From Candidatus Oxydemutatoraceae bacterium (GTDB lineage Bacteria; Pseudomonadota; Gammaproteobacteria; Poriferisulfidales; Oxydemutatoraceae), in NCBI GenBank assembly GCA_965219575.1, contig OZ244779.1, positions 1,612,769 to 1,676,768 of the forward strand: a stretch of DNA of 64,000 nucleotides, written 5' to 3'. Below are positions 40,001 to 55,000 of this stretch, piece by piece (position 1 is the first letter of the stretch; each line of letters starts with the position of its first letter). The notes beneath the pieces were generated by a model. The model was not told the DNA's origin. It was given only the letters and a program-made list of their open reading frames with translations, and made no database searches. The translations under genes and the position numbers were made by a program.

Positions 40001-43000
40001 ATCTTGATAACGCCGGCGGGATTGTATGCGTCGGCAACGATACGAATTTCGGCACTGCGATCCCGCACCGACACGGTAAGTTCGTCAACCGCCGCCCTAT
40101 CAAAATCATCCTTGAATGTTGCCACCCTCGGCATCGCGGATAATTCCGGCTGCGCTAGCGCACCGATTTGACCGATCTGTAAATCTTGCAAGCCCAAGCG
40201 TTGGCGCGGTAGCACGGCACCGCAATTTACCGACGGTGTGCCACCGGCACAGGTGCCGTCGTCGTATTTGAGAACCGGGTATTGCTCGGTAGTGCCGAAA
40301 TCCCAACGCTCGGTGCTCCAGTTGCGGTACGGGTGGGCATTACTTGACCTCGATGATTTCAGGACTTCGGAATTAAAGCCGCGTAAACTCCCGAAACGCG
40401 AACCTGCGGATTGACCACTGCGTTCAATATCCCAATAATTTCCGGTGAGATTAGGACCGAAATCTAACCTTATAAATCCTCTATCGTTCGTCGGATTCCC
40501 CGAGACGCGGGCGATTGAATAGTTGTCGATGATTTGGCCGGAGGCTCGATAAATACCGATGAAGCCACCTTTCCTCGCCGCACCGACAACCGAACCGGCT
40601 GCATAACTGTCCCTAACAATTGTCGAACGACCAACCTCGAAATAGCCTAGAAAGCCACCGACTTGATTAAAATTACTGTCCCCACCTCTTGCCGTTACCG
40701 CAGCGAATGTATAATTGTTGGCGATAACCTTGCTATCCGGTCTATTAATAACATCATCATCAATAAGCCGTCCGATCAAACCGCCGACAATGTCGTCTGC
40801 TGATATGCGCCCGGTTGCATGGCTATTGTCGATCGCCGTATCATTAACATCGCCTATCAAGCCACCGACGGTGTTATCTCCGTTGACATCACCGATGGCA
40901 TAGCTGTTGCCGATCGTTGCATTTGCGGCATGGCCCACCAAACCGCCGATAAAGGTTGATCCATCGACATCACCTGCCGCATAGCTGTTGCTAATCTCGC
41001 CCCCTAAATTGCCGACTAGACCACCGGCTCTACTCCCTTCCCCTCGCACATCGCCCGTTGCATAACTATTCGTAATCATCGTGTTACTGCGACCGATGCC
41101 GACCAAGCCACCGATACCCGTACCTTGAGTAACGGTTATGCTACTACCCCCCTTTCTAACGACGGTGGCAGACGAAGCACCGTTTTCAATACGACCACCG
41201 CTTTCCAGCACACCGACCAAACCGCCGTTCGCTATGATGTCTCTTTGACCGCTGATATTGATATTCAGATTTATTGCCCCTGACGTACGACTATTGCCGA
41301 TGTTTGCATTGGAAAAACTGACCAAGCCGCCGAGAACATTGGTTCCCGTCAATGTACAGTTTGCCGAACTATCGCTAATTTGGATGTTGGTCCCATTTGC
41401 TCTGCCGATCAAACAACCGCCGTCATAATAAGTGCTAACCGTGCCACTCAATACATGGCTATCGGTGATGCTACGACCGCTGAACGAACCGACCAACGCA
41501 CCGACATTGTTGGACCCCGCTATGTTGACATCAACCAAGCGTACACCTCTGATCTCGGCATTGCCGCTTGCTGCCGCAAATAAGCCCAAATTGACTTGCC
41601 CGGCTTGCGAAGTACCGGCAAAGCTCACCGGTTGATTTATGCGTAGGTTGGATATCGTATAGCCGTTGCCTTCAAAAATAGCCGTGAAACAGTTGCTGCT
41701 TGCATCGCTACAATTGCCGAGCTGATTCTGTATGTTAACCACCGTCCCGATCGGATCCCAGTTGTTATAGTTAGCCGGACCATTGACAGTTCTATAACTC
41801 AATGTGTCGTCAAAATCCAAATCTCTGACCAATTCGTAGCCTCTGCAGACATCGCCCGGACAGCCGCGGGACGAGCGGAACGGGAACTCATCATTACTGA
41901 GATCTTCAAGCAGGGTACCATCGAGCTGATTGCGAATTAAGTCTAATTGTTCTATAAAAAAGATATCTATCAAGCCGTCTCGGTCATGATCTACGATACG
42001 ATCATCAAATGCCAGTCTGCCATTAATAACCGAGACGATGGTATTGGAATACCCTTGGTTGTCGGTATAGGTCGTCGTCAACCGATACGATGCAAATATA
42101 TTTCCAACCCGATAATAGGCGCGATCGAGGCCTGTCGGAGAACCGTCTAACTCCCATTGATAACTTATATCGGTGAACGGTCCACCATCGGCATCGTTGA
42201 TTTCCGAGGCAAAAATATAATTTGCGTTGGCAACACCCAAGGGACCATCCACCCAACGCAACGCTGCCATGTCACCGTCGCGGTTGGTCTTGACCACATC
42301 GATGATGATATCCCGGGATGCAAATGCATCGGGATTATTCCTTTTGACGACTTCCAGCTTGATAACCGCTTGCCCACTATCGGCTTCGGCAGCGAGCAGA
42401 TCGTCGCGCACGGTCACGCTAAGCGTCCGCTCGATATTTTGTGATGTGGGCAATAGTTCGGGACCTCTCGTTTGCCTCCATCTATAATCCAATACCGCAT
42501 TGTCCGCGGCGCGGCTTCGCGTTGCATCCAATATCAGGGTATCGCCTTCGTTCACGGTGATGGTACTCTGCACATCCAACGCCACCGCAGTCGCGTCGTT
42601 TCGTGCGTAGGTGATTACCAGCTGCGGCGGTTCGCCGGAAACCGGCGGTGCCGAGCGCGGAGATACTACCGTAGTTCTCGGCTGACCGCGTAGGAGTGCG
42701 CCACACATCGGCAACGAGGTGCTGTCGTCGAAGTCGCAAGCCGGATCGTCTCTATCGGCACCTTCGGTGTATCTGAGTAGCGGGTATTGCATATCGGTGC
42801 CGAAATCCCAGTGGTCGGTATTCCAACCTCGATATGTAATGCAACTGCGCGTCCTATTCCGGCTTGCTTCGCTTTCCCCGTCTTCGCCGCTCAAACAGGT
42901 TTGGGGTGTATTCGGCACCGACGGATTGGTCAGTGTATTATTCGATCTCCTGTTATTGACATCGGGCATTGATACGGCGTGCGTGATATAGGTAGTTCCG

Positions 43001-46000
43001 GAAACGGTGACCGCACATCGATACGGTTCTCTACGCCAATAACTATTCGTGGGTGCTCTACTCGGCGTGTCACGGTTTAACAAGCCGGCAACAGTAACAT
43101 TCACCGGGTTGCCGTTATAAGTTGCCGTTATATTACCGGGACAAGATGCAAAGCTTTGCGTTTGTGATGCACCGAGATCGCTAACCGAAGCGTTTGCCCC
43201 GAACAGCGTCGGCACATAGGCCCTACCGTTGGCATAGCTATTGGCAACGATGGACCTGCCGTCGATGTGCCTACCGACCAAACCGCCGAGATACGGCGTG
43301 GCACATGAAACCGCTGCCGGTATTTCCACATCACTATTAGAATGTACATAACTATTTCTGATTTCACCGATGCCGTCGGCTCTCTCGGCAGCGGATAATT
43401 GAGACCCGACCAAACCGCCGGCGATACAAGTCCCCGATACTTCGCCGGCCGAATAATAGCTGTTGTGAATTTTCCCGCCACTGCGATTCCTGCCGACCAA
43501 GCCACCTACGGTCACATTCCCGTTGTTCGCAATAGTACCGTCGGAATCCTGCACACTCACATTAATTCGTGCACGACTGTTGACTATATAACCGGCGTTG
43601 ACACCGACCAAGCCACCTGCCGAACCGAGATCGGTGCGGATGACACGCACCGATGAATTTCTAGTCACAGTACCGAACACATCACTATTGCGGATTACAC
43701 CGCCGCGCCGCAACAGCCCGGTGATAGCACCGACATTCTTGAACCCTGCCAAACCTTTGATGGCGGGAAAGTCCAGGACTAAGTTTTCAACCTTGCCGCT
43801 TGCACCGATCTCGGAAAACAAACCGACATTCGCTCTCGTGCCGGCACTGCTACGGCTTATCGACAGGCGAGCAATAGAATAACCGTTGCCGTTGAATATT
43901 GCATCGAACACGCCGCCTATAGGTTGCCAACCGTCGTCGGTGGAGACGAATTCATTTTCGCTTACCGTCCAGCGACTCATGTTCGCATCGGCATTGCGAT
44001 AGCTACCGGCAACGGTGAAGTTGAGATTCCTCGTCAACTCGTAGCCGATACAACCGGTAATCGGGCAACCGCGAGTAATCAAATCGGCATCGGCACTTGC
44101 CCTAGAGCCGCTACCGTCGAGTTGATGGCGCACCGCATCCAGATCTTCTAAATGCCTAATCTCTATCAAACCGTCGCCGTCGTCATCTATGTCGTCGGCG
44201 TTGATAATCGAATCGCCGTCAATATCGGCATTATCCATAGCGACCGACGACCCGACGGTGACAATATTGGACACGATCGGCTCGCTCGTATAGCCCTGAC
44301 CATCCGAATACAAACCGATGAAACGATATTGATACCCGGCATCCACCGTATCGCCCGCCGATAAATTCACATTCCTCCATATATCGCCCGGAAAACGCCT
44401 CTGGAATTGCCTACTTAGATTGCTCACGGTACCGTCGATATCGTTAAGATTCTCGGTGACCGTGATTCTTCGGTTCGTGTTCACCGACAGTACCGGATTT
44501 CCGGTCACCCGACCGTTATTCACTTTGTTGATACGCACCGCGATCTTTCTGCTTAAGTAGACTTGCCGGACGCGGTTATTAGGGGTAATCGATAACGACA
44601 ATTCAAACTCAAAATCGCCGTGATCTACATCCGCGGGTAGCAGGTCGACTTGCGGTGCCAACACTAGATTCAAGCTATCTGCATCGGCAATGTTCACCGG
44701 CGTGCCGCTGATCTGCGACCAGCTTAGATCCGAACTGCCGGCGTAGTCTCCGCCGACCGTGAACATGTCGCCCTCGGCGATGTCGATTGCGGCAATATTA
44801 TCCAGTCTTAGATTATCGCGGACTATATCAAAATAATATCTCGACACCCGATTGCCGGCGCTCGCTACCAGCGTGATTTCTTGTGTATTAGAATTATCCA
44901 AAATGAGTGTATCACCGCTGCCGACAAACGGACATAACGCATCGTCGCAATACAACATGGTCTCCAAACCGGCAACGGGCGGTGTGGTGGTAAATGTAAT
45001 CGGCAACGGTAATCGGGTTGCGTCTACATAGAGCCGGTATCTGTTACTATTTCTACTATATCTAAAACCGCCGGTGATACCGTTTATTCGGGCTATTGCG
45101 ACATTCGCCACTTCTACATTACGCACCAACGAACTATCCAATACCTGCATCGCAATGCTACCGTCGGTAGCCTTCAGTGTCGGGTACTGCGCATCAGTGC
45201 CGAAATCCCAATCGTCGCTACTCCAATTCGCATAAATACCCATCGTTGGTGTCGTCCCTTGTAGCACTGCGGTGGTTTGACCACCGAATGCGGTGGTTTC
45301 ACCGACACCCGTAGAAGCCGATTGTTTATTGTTAAGGATATTATCCCAATAGCTGTTTGTAGCGGAGGCAGTGCCACGCACCCGCCCGATCAAACCCAAG
45401 ACACCCCCCGACTGGCGCGCTGCCGCATAGCTGTCGACGATATCGGCTTGCTCCATAAAGCCGACCAAACCACCGAAACCTTGAACAAATCCTGCAACAT
45501 TGAAAACTTCATTAATGCATCTTACATTCAATATCTTATTCATGTCGACCTGTGCATAGCTGTTCTCGATGGTGCTGATATTCTCTGCGCTATCGCGGTT
45601 TGCCGAGATATGCTCGCCGACCAAGCCACCGAGCCGACAATGCCCGCTTATCGCACCGGTCGCATAGCTGTTTTTAATCTTCGCACCACCCTCGTTCCTG
45701 CCGACCAAGCCACCTACGATGTCCCCGAAAGTACCGGTGCGAGGAGAAAACGAATAAATATAGACTTGTGCAAAGCTGTGACTAATCTCACCCCCGCTAT
45801 TGACACCGACCAGACCACCGAAGCGACTTTGCTTAAGCAAATCCTGACGGTAGCCGGAACCCACCAATGCGTTGATCTCTTTTACACCGACATCGTGTAT
45901 GCGGCCACGGTTCTCGCCCGCCAAGCCCCCTTGTTTCTCCGCTCTCCTCCTATTAAAATCACGCCCGATTACATCGTAAATACCGACATTGCTCAAGCGT

Positions 46001-49000
46001 AGTGCCTTAACTTCGGCATTCCGACCTAAGGTATGGAACAAGCCGAGTGCGTCTTTAGTTCTAGTGCCGCGCAAACTCAAGTTGCGAATTTGATATCCGC
46101 TACCGTCGAACACGGCAGCGAACGGGGTGTCTGCGTCTCCTATCGGATCCCAGTTATCCGACCACTCGGTATTCACCACACCCGAGCGGTAGCTTGCGGC
46201 ATCTCGGAAGTCCAAGTCTCGCGTCAACTCGTAGCCGAAGCAACCGGCGGTCGGAGTGGTCGGACACCCGTCAACGATAGGCAATAATCCATCGTCGGGT
46301 AGCGCATAGATGTAGGTACTGCCGTCCAGACTATGGCGTATCGCATACAAGTCGTCCACTGTCGTGATTTCTATCAAACCGTCGCCGTCGGCATCGGCTA
46401 ATATTCTATCGTCATCAAAGCTCGAATAATCTATCTCTAAAATATATTCAATGGTCGTGCCGGCACTTCCAACCGATACGATAATCGCGTCGTCAAAACC
46501 GGGATCGAGTACGATCGAGACACTCGCACCGTCGGCAACACCGAATTCATTCCCGCCATAAGCGATAGTAATCACCGCATCGTCGCTCGCAGCATGCGGT
46601 ATCAGACGCAACGAATCGGTCACCCCGATGTATGCATCGATACGATAGCGCGGTCTAGAGGTTGCAAATTGCGGCGACAACCGCACGCTTCCCAGAACTT
46701 GTAGGTCACTCAATCCGTAGTTCCGTATACTACCGCAAGTCGGCTGACCGCCACCACCGCACGCCGGGTTGTCGCCATCGTCGCCTCGTCCATAGCGCAG
46801 TTGTGGGTAGTGTTCGGAGGTGCCGAAATCCCATAGGTTTGTATCCCAATTCGCATAGATACCGGTCGCAGTGGTCGGTGTTAGCAGTGCGACCGTCGTT
46901 TGACCGATGCCGCTGCCGTTATCCGCCACGCCGGCGGTCTCTATGTTCCAGTAGCTATTACTCACGCCACCTAAATTATCACCGACCAAACCACCGGACT
47001 CGCGTACATCGCTCACTCGTCCGATGGCATAACTATTGACAATGCTTCGGGTACCGACATTGCCGTTGACCCCGACCAAACCACCGACCCGACCTTGTGC
47101 GGAAACATCACCGCTCGCATAGGTGTCCGACACCATACCGATATTCAAACCTGCCAAGCCGCCGACGCTGTTGTTGCCCGATACCTCGCCCAACGCATAG
47201 CTTGTCAAAACCGCCGCACCTACATCGTTGCGACCGACCAAACCGCCGACCGCGCCGATGCCCGATACCGCACCGCTCGCATAGCTGTTGACGATACGCC
47301 CGTCACCGTCGGAACCGATACTATTAGTCCCGACCAAACCGCCGACATTGCTCTCGCCCGATACGCTACCGATCGCATAACCGTTATAAACCTTGTCGGT
47401 GTTATAACCGACCAAACCACCGACATTATAACTTTCGCTATCGTCGCTACCCGATCCTACAACCGCAACTTCGGCAAAACTACGGTCAACCAAACCGTCG
47501 TTCTCACCGACCAAACCGCCGACAAAAGCCCTGCCCGTGACTTCGCCTATCGCACCGCTCGCAACGATAGAACCTCCCAAGTTGCGACCGACCACGCCAC
47601 CGATCAACTCGCTATATCCGTTTTCGGAATTATAACCGACGACTTCGATCGGATCGGCAAGAACATCCGATAAATGCCCAGTGTTATAACCGATAACACC
47701 GCCGACCTCACTTTCTCCGCCGACCTCACCGCGCACCGACACATGGTCGACGCGACCATCGCTATTGCCGGCCAATCCACCGACACCATCCCGGCCTCTG
47801 ACCGACACACCCGATAAAACGAGGTTGCGGATCTCGGCATCGCGATGCAGATGCGCAAACAACCCGACATTATCCGAGTTCGGTGTAGCGATGCGCAAAC
47901 CGGAAATCGTGTAGCCCGATGATCGATTACCTTCGAATATGCCGGCAAAACATCCGTTCTCGGGATTATCGCAATCGAGCGTTTTGAGCGTTCCGATAGG
48001 TTCCCAATCGGCAGCCGAAAGCTCTATACTCGCCGCCAATTCGTAGCCGATACAGCCGGTTGTAGGCGCACACCCGACGGTGATTCTCCGATCGGCAGCC
48101 GACGACCTATAGCCGCTACCGTCCGGTTGATAGCGCACCGCATCCAGTTCGGTTCGGTTGTGTATTTCTATCAAACCGTCGTCGTCCACATCCACATCGC
48201 CTATGCGCAGATACGGATGGCGCGACGCGGTGAAGGTATAGACTAGATCGCCGTTTCCGAGATCGATTCCGGTACTGCCCGAAGCGGCAACCGGAATACG
48301 CGACGATGCGCTGCCACTTCGGACGATTTCGGCAACACCGCCGTCTACCGATAATCCATACGCCGCTCCCACATAAGTCGGCGTGAGTTGGAATCCGGTC
48401 TCGTCGGCTTTCAATACCAAGCTGTAGTTGTATATCTGCGGATTAAACGACGGAATAAGCTCTAAAACTTCGCTCGAGAATACCAAATCGGTCAAACCGA
48501 TATACTGACCGCGTAGCAACTCGCCGCATACCGGCAACCGCGACGAGGTATCCGACGCGACACGGCAGGTCGGCGCACGACCGAGCGCATCGGTAGCAGT
48601 CGTGTATTTGAGCCTCGGGTATTGCATATTATTGCCCAAATCCCATATCTCGGCATTCCAGTTCGTGTAAATCGCGGTTGTCGTAGATTGAAGTTCAACG
48701 GTGGTTTGGCTGCTACCGTCGCGCCCATCGACAACACCGCTGGTATTTATATCCCAGTAGCTGTCGTTGACCGCAACCGGCACATTGGCGGCATTGAAGA
48801 CCAAACCGCTACTCCGAGCCGAGCGATTCGCACCGATGGCATAACTGTTGTCAATCCGCACGCCGGTGCCTAGCGAACCGACCAACCCCCCGCCTTCGCT
48901 CGCATCGATCATAGCGGTTGCATAACTGTTTGAGATCGTCGCGTTCTCAACCGCACCGACCAAGCCGCCGCCGGACGCGGAACGCGCAGATACCGTACCG

Positions 49001-52000
49001 GACGCACGGCTCTTGCCGATCGCACCGCGCAATAATCTACCGATTAAGCCACCGCCGCTCGCATCGACTTCAACCGAAACACTGCTATCGCTGTTGACGA
49101 TAGTGCCGCGATAAACGCCGATTAAACCGCCACCGTTGTTGTCGGCACGCACCGTACCGGTCGCACGGCTATTGATGATCTCACTGTTGTTTCGGTCTTC
49201 GCCGACCAAGATGCCGACATCGTTGTTACCGATAACCTCGGCAGCCGACACATTAACACCTCTAATCGTCGCAGCGGAAATCGCACCGAACAAACCGACA
49301 TCGTCGGTATTATGGCGACGGATCATCAAACCCGATATCGTATGGCCGTCGGCAATAAACTGTGCGGTGAACGGGGCATCGGCATCGCCGATAGGCTGCC
49401 AACCCTTGCCGCCAGTCCACAGTGGCATCGTACGCTGCGCATCCACATAGCTGTCGACCGAGTTGAAGTCCAGATCTCTGACCAGTTCGTAGCCGAAGCA
49501 ACCGCTGTCGGGGCAACCGCCGTCTATCTCGATCGTCGTCGCCCCTAATTGATAACTGAAACCACGACCGTCCAAACCGTATCGTATCGTGTCCAACTGC
49601 TCCAAAAACGCAATTTCTATCAAACCGTCGCCGTCGGCATCGAGGGTCAAGTCGCGGTCGTCATCGACAACGATGTTGTTGTCGGCATCCACAGTCAGAA
49701 TACCACGATAGCTTGCGAAAGGCAGACGTTCTACGACGATGCGATATTCAAATCGGTAGCGTTGCCCGCCGCGCACCATCACCGTGATTTCGGTGGCACC
49801 GTCGTTCAGCACCACCTCCGCAATACCGCTGTCTTGCAGTGTTATCGGCTGCACACCGTTATCGGCAGCGATTACAATATCCACGACGGCACCCGGCAAC
49901 GGATCGCTCGTCGTCGTATTCAAGCGCACTCGCTCGGTGTCGGAATACACGATCAACCGATAGTCGCTTCTATCTCTTATAAAGTTCGGCGACAACCGCG
50001 AACCGTCCAATGCCGAAAGCTGTATGTCTATGTTGTCTTGATAATCGGTCGACCTGAAATTGATCGTGTAGCTACGGGTCGTGGCATCGGTAGCCGAGCG
50101 CACCGCCAAGCGCAGCGCATCGGTATCGGTTCTGTTTAGGTCGATCTCGGCACTGCGGGTGTTGTCGGCAATCATTTGTTCGCTGTCTCCGGCTATCAGG
50201 GTGACGGTGTCGGCACGGTAATAGGCGGTCGGTGTGGTGTGGAATACGGTGATTGCCCCGTTAGTTATCAAGTTGTACGACTCCACTTCGGGGCTGAACT
50301 CCGGCACCAACCGTACACCGGCGGGTAATTCCAGTGCAATCAAGCCACGGCGGTTTTGATACGGCACCAAGGTGCCGCAATACGGTGGGTCTGTTCTGTC
50401 CCTAAGCAAACGGTCGCGACAAATAACCGCACGGTCGGCTCCCGACAATGTTTCTGAAACCAGCGTATCACAGCTTTGCAGTTGTGCCGCAGTCGGCTGT
50501 GTACACAAACCGGCACCGTGATACAGCACCGTCGGGTATTGGTCGGCATTGCCGAAATGCCATCGCTCGGTGTCCCATCCGGTATAAACATTATCGGTAC
50601 TATTCTCTTCTCTATCGGCGAGTTGCAGTGCTATCGTCGTTCTAGCGGCACCGGCGGCACCGGTGGCTCCGGGTGCGGCGGTATCCCGATCCCAGTAACT
50701 GTTTTCGACTTCGGGACTACCCGAAGCGGCGCGCACCAAAGGCCCGCCGGTTGCATAGCTATTATTAACGGCACCCCCGTTTGTATCGATTAGACCGGCA
50801 CCGGTGCTATCGGAAATAATACGCTGCGCATAACTATTATCTACATTGCCGTTGCCGTTATTTGTTAACAATAAACCCGCTGCAATATTTTCGGAACCTC
50901 TACTTCTAATAGGGATCGTTGCAAAACTACCGAGAATAGCACCGTTATTGGTATGTACCAAACCTGCGGCAACACTTCGATTATCTATCGTGCCGCCGAC
51001 CGCACCGCTATTGATAATGCGACCGAAGTTTTGATAAACCAAAGTACTGCCACCCAACTCGTTTCGCAAAAGGATAGTGGCATTTTCGATGCGACTATTG
51101 AAGATCGTGCCGTAGTTGCGTACTGCCAAAGCAGCGATTGCACTTGTCGCTCTACGACTACGGATAGAGGCATCTTTGAGGTGTATATCCTCCAGCCTCG
51201 CATTCGCACCCAAATAAGCAAACATAGCGACATCGATAAGAGTTGGGTTGCTTATAGTCAGGTTGGATATCGCATAGCCGTTGCCTTTGAAATGCGCATT
51301 GAAGCGCGCATCATTGCGACCGATGGGCTGCCAATTTATCCCTGCCAAGTCTATATCGGCTGTCAACTCATAACCGCGACAGCCGACACGGCAATAAATC
51401 CTAGTACTATTACCGGTGCTACCTGCCCTATAAAAATTACCGTCCAAACTATGACGCATCGCATCCAACTGTTCGGGGGTGGCAACATCTATCAAACCGT
51501 CGTTGTCGCCGTCTATTGCGGCAAAGTCTATCCGCTCGTTCAGACGCGAGATGTTGAAGCGGTAACGATACGATTTGCGATCCTCGCCCTCTTCTACGAC
51601 CACATCCAATAGCGTATCACCGCCGGTGTCCAATGCAATCGGTGGTGTCGCAACGCCGCTTTTTACTCTGAGCACTTCGGCAGCGGTGGTTGTTTTATAG
51701 ACCACAATATCGGCATTCGGAGCAAACGCCTCGGCAACAAAGCGCAGACTTTGTTGGTCGGCAGCGACCACAATCTCGTAATCGTTGAATGTCGCAAAGT
51801 CAAAAGGTCGGCTGAGACCGGCATTGCCGAGTAGCTCAAAACGCGCCATCAAGCTCCCTTGATACGGGAGTATCTTGCCGCACAACGGGTTGTCGTGTCG
51901 TGCGCGTTGACATTCATCGGAATTATACTTGATCACCGGAGATTGACCGGCACCACCGAAATCCCAATCGTCGGCATCCCAGTTCGCAAAAATACCGGTC

Positions 52001-55000
52001 ATCGTCGTTGCCCGCAACTCGGCACCGCTTCTCGCTCGACTTGCCGGCACATCAACCCTCGCAATGTCGCGATCAAAATAGCTGTTCGTTATACGCGCTA
52101 GGCCATTACTCAAGTTTCCTTGCGCCACGCCCGCTCTAGTCATCAGCATAGAGGCATAGCTATTGCCGATGTTCAAACTTCGTGTAGAGTCCACTCCTAA
52201 CATCGCGGTATCTATAAATTCATTTTCGATCGCGGTTTCGATTCTTCCGATCGCACGGCTGTTTCCGAGTGAATCGGAAGAGAAACCTGCACTAGCAGTC
52301 ACCAGTCCATTTGCACTAACGATAACATTATCTCGTCTGTTATTTCCCAGTAATCTCAGCGTGCCGATAAAGTAGCTGTTACTTACCGAATACCCCACTG
52401 CTCGATAGGTAAGACCGGATATATTTGCCGATCCTGCGCCTCTTATATCGCCGATCACATAACTATTGCGGATTGTGCCGCGGTTGTCTCTTTGGTTGAC
52501 GAATACGCCAACTAGTCCCGCTAGCTCTACGCTATGTGGGTTGGCAGCATTATCGGCACTGATATCCACATTGACTAAACCCAAGCCGTCTATATCGGTG
52601 CCGAAGGCTAGATGGAAAAATGCATCATTTCTGTCTGTATTGCCGGTCACTTTCAGATTGGATATCTCATAGCCGTTGCCTTTGAATACGGCATTAGATA
52701 AGTTAGGCGAATCCCAGCCTTGCCCGGTCCAGCGGCGCATAACACCGTTTCGAGCCGGGTCTCGGTAGCTGTTCGGGTCGTTGAAATCCAAGTCCCGCAT
52801 CAACTCGTAGCCACGGCATACACCATTCGGACAGCCTAGGGTATTGAGTTCACCTCCTATTCTATAACCTATCTCTCTTTGGAAATTAGAATGTACCATT
52901 GCCACATCTTCCAGATAATGAAGGTCTACCAAACCATCGTTGTCGGCATCTATCGATGTCTCGGGTCGGTAATCCAAATAGACCGTATAACGCACCGTCT
53001 CGGTGCCGTGAACCACGATGACGACTTCGGTGGTGCCGCCGGCGGTCAGCGCAATCTCGCCACTGGGATTACCGCCGGCAATTTCGGTGTTCTCGAGTGT
53101 TCGGACACCGCCGATATAAACGCTATAAGTGGCACCTGCTTCGCGTGTCGTGGCAACCAGTTGCACGCGCGGCGTATCGTTTAGCACCGTGGTGTAATAA
53201 GCACCATCGATATCCGATAATGCGTCGTCGAAGGGTACGGTGAGTTGTGCGTAGCGAGCGGTGAGTGCGCTCAAGCCGTAGCGTGTTTTGGAGGCAATCA
53301 GGGTGTCGCACAGCGGAAGTCGCGACGGGGTGTCCTCGGCACTACGACACGCCGGGCTATCCAGCACATCGGTCGCTGCGGTATATTTGAGAAGCGGGTA
53401 TTGCATCGCAGTGCCGAAATCCCAGTCGGCAGGACTCCAACGGTAATAAATCTGACCCGAGTTTCTACCGGCTTCGGTCGGTGCGCGCAGCTGTCGCATC
53501 GTTCTGCCTTGGAATACTCGCGCGGGAGCGGGTAAATCTTGTGTAACAGTATCTGAATTGTAATAATTCGCTCTGCTAATATTAATCCGTACTAGATCCG
53601 ATATAAAACCGGCATAAGCGAGGCTCGACGGCCCGATTGAATAATTGGCATTTATCGATAAGTTATTGTTCTCAATGAATAACGCACCAAAAAATCCGCC
53701 GTTGGCATTGCTTCTTAAGTTAGTACTAAATGGCCCACCACTCACATCGACCCATGCATAGTTGTTGCCGATGTTAGATGTACCTCCCGCCCTACCGACA
53801 AACCCTCCGATGTTGTCCGCCGAACCAATTCCTGTAACCGAACCGACCGCAAAACTGTTCAATATCGTGCAACCGTCGCATCTACCGAGCATGCCACCGG
53901 CATTTATTCCGGTTGCCGATAACCGAATACCGCTACGGCTATTGACGATAACGCCGGTGCCGGCAGCAACCCCGGCGATGCCGCCGACATCACCGACACC
54001 GGACACCGCTCCGGTCGCATAACTGTTGACAATTTTACCGCGAACGGTGCCGGCGATACCACCGAGCTGCGAGCCGGCTTCCACCATCAGATTCGGCAAA
54101 CCCAGATTGCGTACGACACCGCTACTGTCGATCACGCCGAATAAGCCTTGATTATTTTGACTGCTTCGGTTGATCTGTAGACGCGCGATTGCGTAGCCGT
54201 TGCCGTCGAAGGTGCCGGTGAACGGGGTTGTTGTATCACCTATCGGCAGCCAGCCGGTATCGGTCGCATCGGTGAAGTCCACGACCCAATCGTTGTTTAT
54301 TTCACCCGAGAGGTAGCTGTTCGGGTCGTTGAAATCAAGGTCGCGCATCAATTCGTATCGACCCGCTAGAGTGGAGGTGCTGGCAGCGATGGCATGAAAG
54401 TGATCCAAATAATAGATTTCGGTGAACCCGTTTCTGTTGCGATCCGCAAGCATAGGATCGTTTTGGTGGCGTATATAAAGCGGATAGTATGCCGGCGGTT
54501 TGCCTTCTATTTCCAGTATAATGTGGTTGATGCCGTCGTCTAAAAAGATCGGGTTGCTCGTGCCACCACCGATAATCGTCTGAAAGGGATCGCGTTTGAC
54601 GAAATTAAGGTGAATGTTGATCTTTGTATTATCGTCTCTCGCAGTCGCTACGATGCGGATCGGGTTGCGGTAGACTTCACCGAAATAGTCGGCGGAACCC
54701 TCGGCAAAAGACGGATTCAATATTCCCGATGCCAAACGCAAATCTTGCAAGCCGTTGCGGATTTGGGGGGCAATCAAATCACCGCACACCGGCAATCGCG
54801 ACACCGCATTGCGGTCGAGGCGGCACGCCGGGTTGCCGAATATATCCGGTTCGGCGGTGTACTTGAGTATCGGATACTCATCGGTGTCACCGAAATCCCA
54901 ATCGTCGGCACGCCAATTCATGTAGATACCGGTCGGACCGGTCGGCATTTGCAACTGCACCGTCGTTCGACTGGTGCCGCCGGCACTTGTATTTAGCCCA

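Noticed and set aside
46780-46788. RGD integrin-binding motif (YGRGDDG)
   Set aside because: One RGD in 13,000 Arg/Gly/Asp-rich residues is expected by chance, and it is not conserved at the equivalent position of other modules.
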